This document shows positions 28,026-38,684 of a stretch of DNA of 64,000 nucleotides, one piece after another (within the stretch, counting starts at the first letter, position 1; each line of letters starts with the position of its first letter). The notes beneath the pieces are model-generated. The model made no database searches. It saw only the letters and a program-made list of their open reading frames with translations, and was not told the origin of the DNA. The DNA lies in NCBI GenBank assembly GCA_944391505.1, contig CALXTV010000001.1, forward strand, positions 203,952 through 267,951. The letters are read 5' to 3'. Made by a program: the position numbers and the translations under genes. Origin of the DNA: an uncultured Alphaproteobacteria bacterium (lineage in GTDB: Bacteria; Pseudomonadota; Alphaproteobacteria; RF32; CAG-239).

Positions 28026-29765
28026 ATGGCCGAAGAAAATACAAGCACCGAAAACAGCAGTGATGACCAGTATGTTGTCCTTGCCCGCAAATATCGTCCG
28101 CAGAATTTTGACGATTTGGTCGGTCAGGACGCTCTGGTTCAAACTCTTACCAATGCGATTAAAAACAACCGCCTGCATCACGCGTATATTCTTACCGGTA
28201 TCCGCGGCGTCGGCAAAACCACGACGGCTCGTATTATTGCAAAGGCTCTGAACTGTGTCGGTCTTGACGGAAAAAGCGGCCCGACGGTTCATCCTTGCGG
28301 CGTTTGTGAAAACTGCAAGGCCATTACCGAAGGCCGGCATATTGACGTTATGGAGCTTGATGCGGCTTCGCATACCGGCGTTGACGATATTCGCGAAATT
28401 CTTGACGGTGTCCGCTATAAGCCGACCAATGCCCGTTATAAGATTTATATCATCGACGAAGTCCACATGCTTTCCAAAAGTGCATTCAATGCGCTTTTGA
28501 AAACTTTGGAAGAACCGCCGTCTCATGTTAAGTTTATCTTTGCCACGACCGAAATCCGCAAAGTTCCGGTAACCATTCTTTCCCGCTGTCAGCGTTTTGA
28601 CCTGCAGCGCATCAGTATTGAAGATTTAACCGGCCTGTTCAAAAAAATACTCGGCAACGAAAGCATTGCTTTTGACGAAGAAGCGCTGCATATTATAGCC
28701 AAAGCTGCCGATGGTTCGGCGCGTGACGGTGAATCTCTGCTGGATCAGGCAATTTCGCTCGGCGGCGGCAAAGTGCGCACTGACGTTGTCAAAAACATGA
28801 TTGGTCTGGCCGACCGCAATCAGGTTTTTGAACTGTTTGAAAATCTGGCGTCGGGAAAAGTCGACAAAGTAATAAACAATCTTCAGGAGCAGTATAAAAA
28901 CGGCGCCAATCCGATGACGCTGCTGCAAGATATGATAAATATCACCCATATGCTGGCCAAAGCCCGCATTATTCCTTCTTCGGTCAATGATGCCTCTCTG
29001 ACCGAAAACGAAAGGGATTTCTGCACAAAAATGGCGCCGGCCGTATCTATCGCCGTTCTTTCCAAAATTTGGCAGATGCTGATTAAAGGCATTGGTGAGC
29101 TTCAAATTGCGCCGGTGCAGATAGACGCGCTGGAAATGATACTCATTCGCGTGGCTTATTCGGCCAGTCTGCCGACGCCGTTTGAACTTCTCAACGACGT
29201 AAAAAAAAACTCTAGCTTAGGCTCTTCGCGCCCTTTTGAGACAGCGGCCGGTGCGCCGCAAAATGCACCAGCACCTGCGCCGGCCATGCCGGCACGGGTC
29301 GAAACGCCGCGCTCGGATACCGCCGCGGCGCCGCTTTCTTCCGGAATATTCAAAAGTGCCGAGGATTTGGTCGCCTATCTGGAAACCAATCGCAAAATGC
29401 TGGTTTCTTATGCGCTGAAAAATGACGTTACCGTCCATGAATTCAGCGATGGTTTTATAAAAATGACGATTTCAGATAAAATTCACCCGGATTTTATTAT
29501 GAATCTGCACAAAATCCTGACGGAGGCAACCGGCAAAGAATGGAAAATAGATATTCTGCGCGGTCATCTCGGCGAAACCATTGCCGATCGTGAACGGGCC
29601 AAAACCGAAGAAGACAAGCGCAATATTATGGAATATCCTTTGGTTCGGGCAATTATGGCCGAATTTAAGGGTGCCAAAATCGAAACCCTGACCCGTAGGG
29701 TGGATTTGGAAGAAACGGCGGACGGGGAAGCCGAAAACGAAATGTTTTTTGAAGAGGAAAATTAA
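28026..29765 (+). CDS. dnaX: DNA polymerase III subunits gamma/tau
   Basis: 579 aa. AAA+ Walker A GIRGVGKTT. Zn module CGVCENC. Confidence 0.95.
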   Translation: MAEENTSTENSSDDQYVVLARKYRPQNFDDLVGQDALVQTLTNAIKNNRLHHAYILTGIRGVGKTTTARIIAKALNCVGLDGKSGPTVHPCGVCENCKAITEGRHIDVMELDAASHTGVDDIREILDGVRYKPTNARYKIYIIDEVHMLSKSAFNALLKTLEEPPSHVKFIFATTEIRKVPVTILSRCQRFDLQRISIEDLTGLFKKILGNESIAFDEEALHIIAKAADGSARDGESLLDQAISLGGGKVRTDVVKNMIGLADRNQVFELFENLASGKVDKVINNLQEQYKNGANPMTLLQDMINITHMLAKARIIPSSVNDASLTENERDFCTKMAPAVSIAVLSKIWQMLIKGIGELQIAPVQIDALEMILIRVAYSASLPTPFELLNDVKKNSSLGSSRPFETAAGAPQNAPAPAPAMPARVETPRSDTAAAPLSSGIFKSAEDLVAYLETNRKMLVSYALKNDVTVHEFSDGFIKMTISDKIHPDFIMNLHKILTEATGKEWKIDILRGHLGETIADRERAKTEEDKRNIMEYPLVRAIMAEFKGAKIETLTRRVDLEETADGEAENEMFFEEEN

Positions 29766-29767
29766 CC

Positions 29768-30088
29768 ATGATGAATATTCAGGGATTGATGAAGCAGGCC
29801 CAGCTGATGCAGAAAAAAATGGAAGAAGCTCAGGCAAAGCTTGCCGAACAGGAACTGACCGGAACCTCCGGCGGCGGTATGGTCAAAATAACGCTGAACG
29901 GCAGGTTTGAGATGAAAAAGGTCGAAATTGACAAGTCCATGCTTGCGGAAGAAGATGTCAGTATTCTTGAGGACATGATTGTTGCCGCTTATAACGACGC
30001 TCATGCCAAGGTTGATTCGTCCATGGCCGAGGGCATGAAAGACATTACCGGCGGACTCAACCTCGGCGGATTGAAACTTCCTTTTTGA
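29768..30088 (+). CDS. ybaB: nucleoid-associated protein YbaB/EbfC
   Basis: 106 aa. Canonical dnaX–ybaB–recR order. Confidence 0.92.
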   Translation: MMNIQGLMKQAQLMQKKMEEAQAKLAEQELTGTSGGGMVKITLNGRFEMKKVEIDKSMLAEEDVSILEDMIVAAYNDAHAKVDSSMAEGMKDITGGLNLGGLKLPF

Positions 30089-30098
30089 GAGAACCGCC

Positions 30099-30692
30099 GT
30101 GGCCGGAAAAGAAATTGAAAAACTAACCAAACTGATTGCCAAACTGCCGTCGCTGGGTACACGTTCGTCGCGGCGCATCGTGCTGCAACTGCTCAAAAAA
30201 CGCGAAAGTCTTTTTTTGCCGTTGATTGAGGCCTTGCAGGAAGTTGCCGCTAACGTCAAAACCTGTGAAATCTGCGGCAATTACGATACGGTTTCGCCCT
30301 GTTCAATTTGTGCTTCCGAAAAACGGGAAAACAGCACGCTTTGCGTCGTGCAGGATGTTGCCGATTTATGGGCAATGGAAAGGGTTTCTTTCTTTAAGGG
30401 GAAATATCATGTTTTGGGCGGTGTATTGTCGGCTTTGGACGGCATTGCTCCCGAAGACCTGAATATTGAATCTTTACTCTGCCGCATCAAAAAAGACGGT
30501 ATCAAAGAGGTCATTCTGGCGCTTCCGGCCACCGTTGACGGCCAGATAACATCTCATTATCTGGTTTCGCGGCTGAAAGATACCGAAGTCAAAGTAACAA
30601 CGCTGGCTCAGGGAATTCCGATGGGCGCCGAACTGGATTATATGGATGAAGGCACGCTCCAGTTGGCGCTCGATTCTCGAAAACTGCTGTAA
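30099..30692 (+). CDS. recR: recombination protein RecR
   Basis: 197 aa. C4 Zn finger CEICGN...CSIC and a Toprim domain. Confidence 0.95.
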   Translation: MAGKEIEKLTKLIAKLPSLGTRSSRRIVLQLLKKRESLFLPLIEALQEVAANVKTCEICGNYDTVSPCSICASEKRENSTLCVVQDVADLWAMERVSFFKGKYHVLGGVLSALDGIAPEDLNIESLLCRIKKDGIKEVILALPATVDGQITSHYLVSRLKDTEVKVTTLAQGIPMGAELDYMDEGTLQLALDSRKLL

Positions 30693-30695
30693 CGG

Positions 30696-32015
30696 CTAAG
30701 CAGAAACTTTCTGATTTATTTCGCTCACTTTATTTAAAAGCTCGTCTCTGGTCAGTTCAAAATTGCTGTCCAGCCAAATTTGTTCAAGCTTGTCCAAAAC
30801 GGTACCGATTTTCCGGTTATTGTTAATCCCTGCGGCAATAATGTCTTTGCCCCGAACCGGAAAGATCGGTACGACAGCGTCCTCAATTTGTTGTAACTTT
30901 TCATGCAAGTTCGGAATATTTTTCATCTCCAGAGCCGACTGTAGCAGCATTTTGTCCCGACAAAAGTCTTTTCCGTATTTGTAAATCAGTTTTAGCAAAC
31001 TGTCGGCGCCGAGAAAGGCCTCGCTCGGCACTTCTACCGCCGCCCAGCGGACAAAGGATTCGCGCTGCTTTTTAGTCAGATGCAACCGCGCCGCCAGATT
31101 TTCGGCCAGCTCTTCGTCCGGCTGATAAAGCACGAACAGCCGCCGCATGGCCGCATGCGGAATATTTTCGTCATCAACCAGTTTAATCAGAAAGTCAAGC
31201 TGTTGAAAATTTTCCGACGGTGCCAGCAGGAAACCGAGAATTTCGTTGTCAAACATGATTTTCAGCGTTTTGCTGACATTCGGCGTCAGCAGAATTTTTG
31301 AAAACTCGTCACGGATACGTTCAATCGACAGAGTTTTAAGTCCGTCTCGGTTTTCAACACAGGCTTTAAGCGCTTTTTCGTCAATCGGTCCTTTGCCGAA
31401 CAGCGAATAAAAGCGGAAAAAACGCAGGATTCGTAAATAATCTTCTTTTATGCGGTGATTGGGATTGCCGATAAACCGGACATTTCCCCGTTCCAAATCT
31501 TCAATACCGTTATAATAGTCAAAAACATTGCCTTTTTCGTCGGCATAAACGGCATTGATGGTCAAATCGCGGCGTGAGGCGTCGGCTTCCCAGTCGGTCG
31601 TAAATTCGACAATGGCATGGCGTCCGTCAGTTTTAATATCCCGCCGCAGCGATGTAACTTCAAGTACTTTGTCATTTATAATCACGCCTACCGTGCCGAA
31701 TTTTATACCGATGGGAACGGTTCGCAGGCCGTTTTCGGAACAGGCCTCTACCAACTCGTCAGGTGAGAGATCCGTAGCCATGTCCAGATCAAAGCCTTTC
31801 AAACCGGCCAAAGCGTCACGTACCGCGCCGCCCACAAACCGCAGCACACCGCCGTGGCTTTCGACCGCGCGAAACAACTTCAGAATTTTTTTGTCCTGAA
31901 TGATTTTATCCATATCCAGATAATTGTCTTTGATCATCTTGTTTTTCCCGATATTTTTGAAATCTGCCCTATTGTTAACAGTTTTTATATATTTTTCAAA
32001 TACAATAATCGGCAA
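30696..32015 (-). CDS. cca: CCA tRNA nucleotidyltransferase / poly(A) polymerase family protein
   Basis: 439 aa. Pol-beta-like head domain GGAVRDALAGLKGFDLDMATD. Confidence 0.85.
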   Translation of the reverse strand: MPIIVFEKYIKTVNNRADFKNIGKNKMIKDNYLDMDKIIQDKKILKLFRAVESHGGVLRFVGGAVRDALAGLKGFDLDMATDLSPDELVEACSENGLRTVPIGIKFGTVGVIINDKVLEVTSLRRDIKTDGRHAIVEFTTDWEADASRRDLTINAVYADEKGNVFDYYNGIEDLERGNVRFIGNPNHRIKEDYLRILRFFRFYSLFGKGPIDEKALKACVENRDGLKTLSIERIRDEFSKILLTPNVSKTLKIMFDNEILGFLLAPSENFQQLDFLIKLVDDENIPHAAMRRLFVLYQPDEELAENLAARLHLTKKQRESFVRWAAVEVPSEAFLGADSLLKLIYKYGKDFCRDKMLLQSALEMKNIPNLHEKLQQIEDAVVPIFPVRGKDIIAAGINNNRKIGTVLDKLEQIWLDSNFELTRDELLNKVSEINQKVSA

Positions 32016-32042
32016 AGAAATAAAATTTGTGAGTACAAAGGT

Positions 32043-32561
32043 ATGTTAAAAAAGATTTTTTTCGTTTCTGTTTTCGGCATTTTTGCAATTTCTGCCCCTG
32101 CTGCTGCTTCGTCGGCACCGCAGCTTATCGGCGAGTATGATGACTGGGCAGCATATTATCATAAGGATTCGAGCGGCATTGTCTGCTATATGGCCTCCAC
32201 GCCCAAAAAAGACGAAGGAAAATATACCAAACGCGGTGACATCTATGCCGTTGTCACGCATCGCCCGGCCGAAAAAAGCTTTGATGTTGTCAATTTTGTC
32301 GCCGGCTACACATATAAACCGGATTCCCCGGTCGTTGTCAAAATCGGCACCAAAAGTTTCAAAAAACTGTTTACCAGCGGCGACAAAGCCTGGGCTGTCA
32401 GCGACAGGGTTGACCGTGAACTGGTCGAAGGCATGAAACGCGGCGAAAGAATGATTGTTACCGGAACTTCAGCCAGAGGAAACGAAACAAAAGATACCTA
32501 CTCGCTGGCCGGTTTCAGCAGCGCTTATAAGGCCATCAGTGCCAAATGCGGCAAAAAATAG
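32043..32561 (+). CDS. invasion-associated locus B (IalB) family protein
   Basis: Signal peptide MLKKIFFVSVFGIFAISAPAAA followed by an IalB-like domain. Start at the ATG at 32043; the long ORF-track extension to 31854 overlaps cca and was rejected. Confidence 0.8.
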   Translation: MLKKIFFVSVFGIFAISAPAAASSAPQLIGEYDDWAAYYHKDSSGIVCYMASTPKKDEGKYTKRGDIYAVVTHRPAEKSFDVVNFVAGYTYKPDSPVVVKIGTKSFKKLFTSGDKAWAVSDRVDRELVEGMKRGERMIVTGTSARGNETKDTYSLAGFSSAYKAISAKCGKK

Positions 32562-32563
32562 TC

Positions 32564-33631
32564 ATGTCGAAAAAAATCGAACTTATCGGTCTGAGCAAAG
32601 CCGAACTTGCCGAACAAATGGCTGCTCTCGGCGAAAAGCCCTTTCGTGCCAAACAGCTCTGGCAGTGGTTGTATTATCACGGCGTGATTGATTTTGCTCA
32701 AATGAGCAGTTTTTCTAAGGAATTACGTGCCAAACTGGCTGAAAACTTCACGATAACCCGCCCGAAAATCGTTGCCGAACAGGTTTCGGTCGACAAAACC
32801 CACAAATGGTTGCTTGAATTTACCGATGGTCAGCGGGTGGAAATGGTTTATATTCCCGAGAAAGACCGCGGCGCCGTCTGTATCTCGACACAGGTCGGCT
32901 GTGCGATGGGGTGTCGTTTCTGCCACACCGGCAGTCAAAAACTGACTCGGAACCTGACTGCCGGCGAAATCGTCGGACAGTTTATGGTTGCCCGCGACGT
33001 TTATGGCGAATGGCCGACCCGTACGGACGAAAACCGTATGTTGTCGAATATTGTCGTCATGGGCATGGGCGAGCCGTTGCAAAATGTTGAAAACGTTATC
33101 AAAGCGATGAACATTATTACTGACGGAGAAGGAATAGCCGTTTCCCGCCGCCGCATCACGTTGTCGACTTCCGGCATTGCACCGCATATCGTCGAAGTTG
33201 CCGAGGCCACCGGTGTTCGTTTAGCAATAAGCCTGCATGCGCCGACCGATGAAATCCGCTCGCAGATTATGCCGATTAACAAAAAATATCCGCTTGCCGA
33301 AGTTATGAAGGCCTGCCGCGATTATCAAAGCCGCGACGGCAGTCGTTATGTGACCTTTGAATATCTGATGCTCAACGGCATCAACGATTCGATAGAAAAT
33401 GCCAATCAGCTCATTAATCTGATGAAAAAATATCAGATTAATGCCAAATTTAATCTGATAGCGTTTAATCCCTGGCCGGGCTGCGGTTTTGAACCAAGTT
33501 CCAACAATCGGATTCACGCTTTTGCCAAGGTGCTGAATCATGCAGGCTATGCGGCACCGATTCGTACGCCGCGCGGGCAGGATATTCTGGCGGCCTGTGG
33601 TCAGCTCAAATCCAAAAAAGACCGGCAGTAA
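32564..33631 (+). CDS. rlmN: 23S rRNA/tRNA (adenine2503/37-C2)-methyltransferase RlmN (radical SAM)
   Basis: CAMGCRFC radical-SAM cluster motif. ~355 aa. Start at the ATG right after the ialB stop. Confidence 0.93.
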   Translation: MSKKIELIGLSKAELAEQMAALGEKPFRAKQLWQWLYYHGVIDFAQMSSFSKELRAKLAENFTITRPKIVAEQVSVDKTHKWLLEFTDGQRVEMVYIPEKDRGAVCISTQVGCAMGCRFCHTGSQKLTRNLTAGEIVGQFMVARDVYGEWPTRTDENRMLSNIVVMGMGEPLQNVENVIKAMNIITDGEGIAVSRRRITLSTSGIAPHIVEVAEATGVRLAISLHAPTDEIRSQIMPINKKYPLAEVMKACRDYQSRDGSRYVTFEYLMLNGINDSIENANQLINLMKKYQINAKFNLIAFNPWPGCGFEPSSNNRIHAFAKVLNHAGYAAPIRTPRGQDILAACGQLKSKKDRQ

Positions 33632-33651
33632 ATCAGCGCATAAGCCCTCGA

Positions 33652-36411
33652 CTAATGAGCTTCGGCCCAGTTTTGTCCGGAGCCTGTTTCGGCAATAAAC
33701 GGAATATCGAAATGCACGACGTTTTCCATCGTTTCCTTGACCAGTTGTTTTACCGCTTCAACTTCATCATCCGGCGCTTCAAAGACCAGTTCGTCATGAA
33801 CCTGCAACAGCATTTTGGTTTTAAAGCCGCCTTTTTGCAGCCGCCACAAACATTGGTTCATGGCCATTTTGATAATATCGGCGGCGCCGCCTTGCAGGGG
33901 AGCGTTAATGGCCGCTCTTTCGGCGTTTGACGAAATACGCTTGTTCTTGTCGTTGATGCCGAAAACAAAACATTTGCGGCCGTAAGGCGTCAACACAAAA
34001 CCGTTCTTATGCGCAAAAGCGATGGTTTTTTCCATATAGGCCTTAATTTCCGGCATCTGGCGAAAATAGTTGTCAATGTAAGTTTTGGCCTCATCGGCGG
34101 AAATGCCGAGTTGTTTGGCCAGTCCGTACTGCGAAATGCCGTAAATAACTCCGAAATTGATTGTTTTGGCATGCCGCCGCAGATTATGATCAACTTGATT
34201 GGCCGGTACGCCAAAAACCTTTGAGGCCGTTGCCGCATGAATGTCTATGCCGTGGTTAAAAGCTTCTTTCAACGCCTTGACGTCGGCAACAACGGCCATA
34301 AGCCGAAGCTCAACCTGCGAATAGTCGGAAGAGATAATTTTATATCCCGGTCTGGCAATAAAACATTCACGGATTTTCAGACCCATATCGGTACGAATGG
34401 GAATGTTCTGCAAATTCGGATTCGTTGACGACAGGCGTCCCGTTGTCGTGTTTATCTGATTATAAGTCGTATGAATCCGGCTGTTTTTATCAAGCAGGTT
34501 CAACAGGGCTTCCGTATAAGTTGACTTAAGCTTTGCAAAACCGCGCCACTCCAGAATTTTGGCTGGAAGTTCATGTTCTTCGGCCATTTTTTCCAATACA
34601 TCGGCACCGGTTTGAAAACCGCCGCTGGCCGTCTTTTTGCCTTTCAGACCGAGTTTTGTATACAATATTTCGCCGATTTGCTTGGGCGAACCGAGGTTAA
34701 ATTCTTCTCCGGCCAGTTCATAAACCTGACTCTCAATCAGCCGCAGTTGCTCCTCAAAAGAAGAACTCAGTTTGCGCAGGGCAGCCGCATCAACCATAAT
34801 GCCGTTTTGTTCCATTTCTTTAAGAGTAGCGATTAACGGGCGGTCAAAGTTTTCATAAACGGCCGCCTTGCGTTCTGGAACCAGACGCGGCTTCAAAACA
34901 TTGTACAGACGCAGAATCAAATCGGCCTGTTCGGCGGCAAAGTTGAGCAGTTGTTTGCTGTCCAGATTTTCAACGCTGATTTTGTTTTTGCCGCTGCCGA
35001 GCATATCTTCAAGCTTCTGAGCTTTGTGATCCAGAAACAGTTCGGCCAACTCGTCGATTCCGTGACCGTGTTCGGTGCTGTCCAGGTCGTAAGAAATGAC
35101 TGCGATATCGTCAATCGGTTCAATAACGGTTTCGTCTCCGAAAATCTGACTCATAAAATGCAAATCAAGTTTCATTGCATGGCCGATTTTTAAGATTGCC
35201 CGGTCGGTAAAGACAGACTTCAGGCATTTGGCAGCCTGTTTTCGTGAAAGATATTGTTCGCTTTTCTGCGGTGCGGCAAAAAGATCTAAATTGCTGCCAA
35301 CCTGCGTTTCGGACGAACCGAGCGGTACATAGCAGGCTTCACCCGGATTAACCGCCAGAGAAAAGCCCAAAATCCGGTCAAAAACAGGTTCACTGCCGCT
35401 TGCAATCGTAAGGAACGAAAACAGCCCGGCCTTGCTGATTTTTTCGGCCCAAAGTTTAAGTCCCGCTTCATTGGTAATCAGTTCGTATTTTTTCTGAATT
35501 TCTTTGTGTACGGCATTTTTTACCTGCGGACTCAGCGGATTCGCGCATTGTTCACTGACCCATTTTTCCAGCCGCGGCTTAAGACTCTTAAAATCGTGCT
35601 CGTCCACAAAATGCAGCAGGGTTGTCAGTTCCGGACTCCGACAGCCGTATTCTTCCAAGTCATGTTCGACCGGTACGTCGTTTTTGAGTAAAACCAACTG
35701 TTTGGAAATCCGTGCATTGTCCAAATTGGCCAACAGCGTTTCCCGGCGTTTGTTTTGTTTGATTTCACCGGCATGTTCCAGAACTCCCTCCAGCGACCCG
35801 AACTGATTGACCAGTTCGGCTGCGGTTTTTGGACCAATTCCGGGAACCCCCGGCACATTGTCAATGCTGTCGCCGGAAAGCGCCTGAACGTCAACAACAT
35901 GCTCCGGATAAACGCCGAACTTTTCCCGGACGTCTTCAGGCGTAAAAAATTTATCTTTCATCGGGTCGTAAAATTCAACGCCGGGACGGATCAGCTGCAT
36001 CAAATCCTTGTCACCGGAAACGATGACAACCTCATAGCCCTTTTTCAGAGCCTTGGCAGCATAGGTGGCAATCAGGTCGTCGGCCTCAAAACCGTCCATT
36101 TCCAGATAATTGAGATTCAGCGCCGAAACCGCATTCCGGATAAGTTCAAACTGCGGAATCAGGTCTTCGGGAATTTCTTTGCGCGTGCCCTTATAATCAG
36201 GAAAAATCTCGTTGCGGAAATTTTTGCGCTTGGCGTCAAACAAAACCAGCGAGTAGTCGCATTTAATCTGGCTGGTCAGTTTCAGAAACATATTTGTAAA
36301 GCCGTAAACCGCATTAACCGGAACACCGGCCGGATTCGTCATTGGGGGCAGGGCGTAAAAGGCACGAAAAATATAACCCGAACCATCAACTAAGCAGACT
36401 TTTTTGGTCAT
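33652..36411 (-). CDS. polA: DNA polymerase I
   Basis: 919 aa. 5'-3' exonuclease, 3'-5' exonuclease and polymerase domains (pol motif RRHAKTINFGVIYG). Confidence 0.96.
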   Translation of the reverse strand: MTKKVCLVDGSGYIFRAFYALPPMTNPAGVPVNAVYGFTNMFLKLTSQIKCDYSLVLFDAKRKNFRNEIFPDYKGTRKEIPEDLIPQFELIRNAVSALNLNYLEMDGFEADDLIATYAAKALKKGYEVVIVSGDKDLMQLIRPGVEFYDPMKDKFFTPEDVREKFGVYPEHVVDVQALSGDSIDNVPGVPGIGPKTAAELVNQFGSLEGVLEHAGEIKQNKRRETLLANLDNARISKQLVLLKNDVPVEHDLEEYGCRSPELTTLLHFVDEHDFKSLKPRLEKWVSEQCANPLSPQVKNAVHKEIQKKYELITNEAGLKLWAEKISKAGLFSFLTIASGSEPVFDRILGFSLAVNPGEACYVPLGSSETQVGSNLDLFAAPQKSEQYLSRKQAAKCLKSVFTDRAILKIGHAMKLDLHFMSQIFGDETVIEPIDDIAVISYDLDSTEHGHGIDELAELFLDHKAQKLEDMLGSGKNKISVENLDSKQLLNFAAEQADLILRLYNVLKPRLVPERKAAVYENFDRPLIATLKEMEQNGIMVDAAALRKLSSSFEEQLRLIESQVYELAGEEFNLGSPKQIGEILYTKLGLKGKKTASGGFQTGADVLEKMAEEHELPAKILEWRGFAKLKSTYTEALLNLLDKNSRIHTTYNQINTTTGRLSSTNPNLQNIPIRTDMGLKIRECFIARPGYKIISSDYSQVELRLMAVVADVKALKEAFNHGIDIHAATASKVFGVPANQVDHNLRRHAKTINFGVIYGISQYGLAKQLGISADEAKTYIDNYFRQMPEIKAYMEKTIAFAHKNGFVLTPYGRKCFVFGINDKNKRISSNAERAAINAPLQGGAADIIKMAMNQCLWRLQKGGFKTKMLLQVHDELVFEAPDDEVEAVKQLVKETMENVVHFDIPFIAETGSGQNWAEAH

Positions 36412-36466
36412 GGCATCGTCTCACTTGCAGGAAGTTGAATCTGTGTAAAATATAATTGATAAAAAC

Positions 36467-36667
36467 TTATTCGCCAATAGATAAAAAGAAAGAACGCTCA
36501 AGGCTGTTGACCGAATTAAGGTCGGTTTTGTAAACGTCTTCATAATTTTCAACATATTCGCCGACGGCGAGTTCAAAGCATTCGTCAACCGAACGGCCGC
36601 TTTTTTCCGCCATCAGGGTCAGTTTGGCGTATAATTTCTGATTCAGGGCAACGGAAACGGTTTTCAT
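36467..36667 (-). CDS. ribbon-helix-helix (CopG/antitoxin-like) small protein, 66 aa
   Basis: MKTVSVALNQKLYAKLTLMAEKSGRSVDECFELAVGEYVEN has the N-terminal beta-strand plus two-helix RHH pattern. Lies 55 bp upstream of polA, co-directional. Confidence 0.55.
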   Translation of the reverse strand: MKTVSVALNQKLYAKLTLMAEKSGRSVDECFELAVGEYVENYEDVYKTDLNSVNSLERSFFLSIGE

Positions 36668-36748
36668 AAAATTTTCCTTAACTTATTTGTGGCAGGATAT
36701 TGATTAAATTAATAACGGATTCCGCGATTCGACGCAAGGGCAGATTAG

Positions 36749-38551
36749 ATGGTAAAAAAGACAAAGACCGGCAGAAAAACGACAAAGCGCAAAAAAAGAG
36801 AGTCAAAACAAAGGCTTGCGACTCGGCGTATCATCTTGTTTTTTTTAGGTTTTCTGGTGATAACTTTTGCCGGCTGGCTGCTCTATTGCATTTTAACGCT
36901 GCCTGACATTGATCAGGCGGTGGCACGCACAAGGCAGCCGTCCACCACCATTACCGCCGAGAACGGCAACGAGGTCAAAACCTTTGGCAGCGTCTATTCC
37001 GAAGTCATTCGCTTAAACGAGCTTCCGTCTTATGTTCCGGACGCCGTAATTTCGACCGAAGACCGCCGTTTTTATGCGCATTTCGGTTTTGATATTGTTG
37101 CCTTTACCCGTGCCATGCTGACCAATATTTTTATGGGACGCTATGCACAGGGCGGCAGTACCATTACGCAGCAGGTGGCCAAAAACCTGTTTCTGACGTC
37201 GCAAAAAAACATCAAGCGTAAAACGCAGGAATTGTTGCTGGCTTTTTGGCTGGAGCACAAGTTTACCAAAGAACAGATTTTGACATTATACTTAAATCGC
37301 GTGTATCTCGGCGCCGGAACTTATGGTATTGAAGCGGCCAGTCAAAAATATTTCCAAAAGTCTTCCCGCGACGTGAACCTGCTGGAGGCGGCGATTATTG
37401 CCGGTATGCTCAAAGCACCGTCGCGTTATAATCCCTTTGCAAGCATTGAAAGGGCGAGAGACAGAGCCAAAGTTGTTTTACAGAACATGGTCAACAATCA
37501 AACCCTGACCGAAAAGCAAATGAAATATGCCTTAACGCTGCCTGTAGGCGAAGATGAGTCATATAAAGTCCAGGGCGCAGACTATTTTGCAGACTGGGTT
37601 TATAATGAGGTCAACGACTACATTGGCGAACGCGACAACGACATTTACGTTTATACGACATTGGATCAGAAAATTCAGGAAAATGCCGAAAAAATTCTCC
37701 GTGAGTCGGTTCTTGCCGCCAAAAAACGCAATGTCAGCGAAGGAGCGGTGGTTGTTTTGAATAAAAAAGGCGAAGTTAAAGCCATGGTTGGCGGCATTGA
37801 CTACCGCAAGAGTCAGTTTAACCGGGCCGTAAGCGCGTTGCGGCAGCCGGGTTCGTCTTTCAAGCCCTTTGTCTATCTGACGGCCTTGCAAAACGGATGG
37901 AAACGCGAAGACCGTATAGATGATGTTCCGCTTTCCATCGGTAAATGGAAACCTGAAAATTACGATAAAAAATATCACGGCAGCGTCACGCTGGACGAGG
38001 CGCTGATGAAGTCGCTCAATCTGGCGACGATTAATCTTTCGGAATCTCTGTCCCGTAAAGATATTATCCGTACGGCCAAAAAAATGGGCATTACCACGCC
38101 GATAGAAAACACACCCTCGCTGGCACTGGGCACTTTTGAAGTCAAAGTCATCGACATGGCAACGGCTTATTCGGCAATCGCCAACGGCGGTTATGCAACC
38201 TGGCCGCACGCGATTAAGGAGATTTATACGCGGGACGGCTATCAACTCTATCAGAGGGAAGCCGATACCGAAACCCGTATTTTAGATGCCGCCGCAGTTA
38301 AAGACCTGACCAAAATGCTTGAAAAAGTCATCAGCAGAGGAACCGGCAAAAGAGCAAAAATTCCCGGCTTTGCCGCCGGCAAAACGGGAACGACGCAGGA
38401 TTATCGCGATGCCTGGTTTGTCGGTTTTACAGATGAATATATCATAGCCGTCTGGGTCGGCAATGATGACAACTCACCGATGAAAGGCGTTACCGGCGGC
38501 ACGCTTCCGGCCGAAATCTGGCGGAAAATTGCCCTGAGTATTCATGAATAA
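36749..38551 (+). CDS. class A penicillin-binding protein (GT51 transglycosylase + transpeptidase), compact 600-aa form
   Basis: GT51 EDRRFYAHFGFD. Transpeptidase SSFK, SLN and KTGT motifs. N-terminal basic tail and a TM anchor. Confidence 0.85.
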   Translation: MVKKTKTGRKTTKRKKRESKQRLATRRIILFFLGFLVITFAGWLLYCILTLPDIDQAVARTRQPSTTITAENGNEVKTFGSVYSEVIRLNELPSYVPDAVISTEDRRFYAHFGFDIVAFTRAMLTNIFMGRYAQGGSTITQQVAKNLFLTSQKNIKRKTQELLLAFWLEHKFTKEQILTLYLNRVYLGAGTYGIEAASQKYFQKSSRDVNLLEAAIIAGMLKAPSRYNPFASIERARDRAKVVLQNMVNNQTLTEKQMKYALTLPVGEDESYKVQGADYFADWVYNEVNDYIGERDNDIYVYTTLDQKIQENAEKILRESVLAAKKRNVSEGAVVVLNKKGEVKAMVGGIDYRKSQFNRAVSALRQPGSSFKPFVYLTALQNGWKREDRIDDVPLSIGKWKPENYDKKYHGSVTLDEALMKSLNLATINLSESLSRKDIIRTAKKMGITTPIENTPSLALGTFEVKVIDMATAYSAIANGGYATWPHAIKEIYTRDGYQLYQREADTETRILDAAAVKDLTKMLEKVISRGTGKRAKIPGFAAGKTGTTQDYRDAWFVGFTDEYIIAVWVGNDDNSPMKGVTGGTLPAEIWRKIALSIHE

Positions 38552-38684
38552 AAAACCGTAAAATAATCGCAAAATAGTGCTTTTTTATTCCGATTTATTA
38601 TATATAATACGATAAGTTTATTTTGCTTATAAAGCGCGGCAGATTTATCCGGCCGTGCGGTATTTAATTGAAAGAGAGAAAATA

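Noticed and set aside
27916-28251. 111-aa ORF on the plus strand
   Set aside because: It overlaps the SRP RNA gene and the dnaX 5' end in another frame. The sequence is explained by ffs; there is no RBS and the translation is low-complexity.
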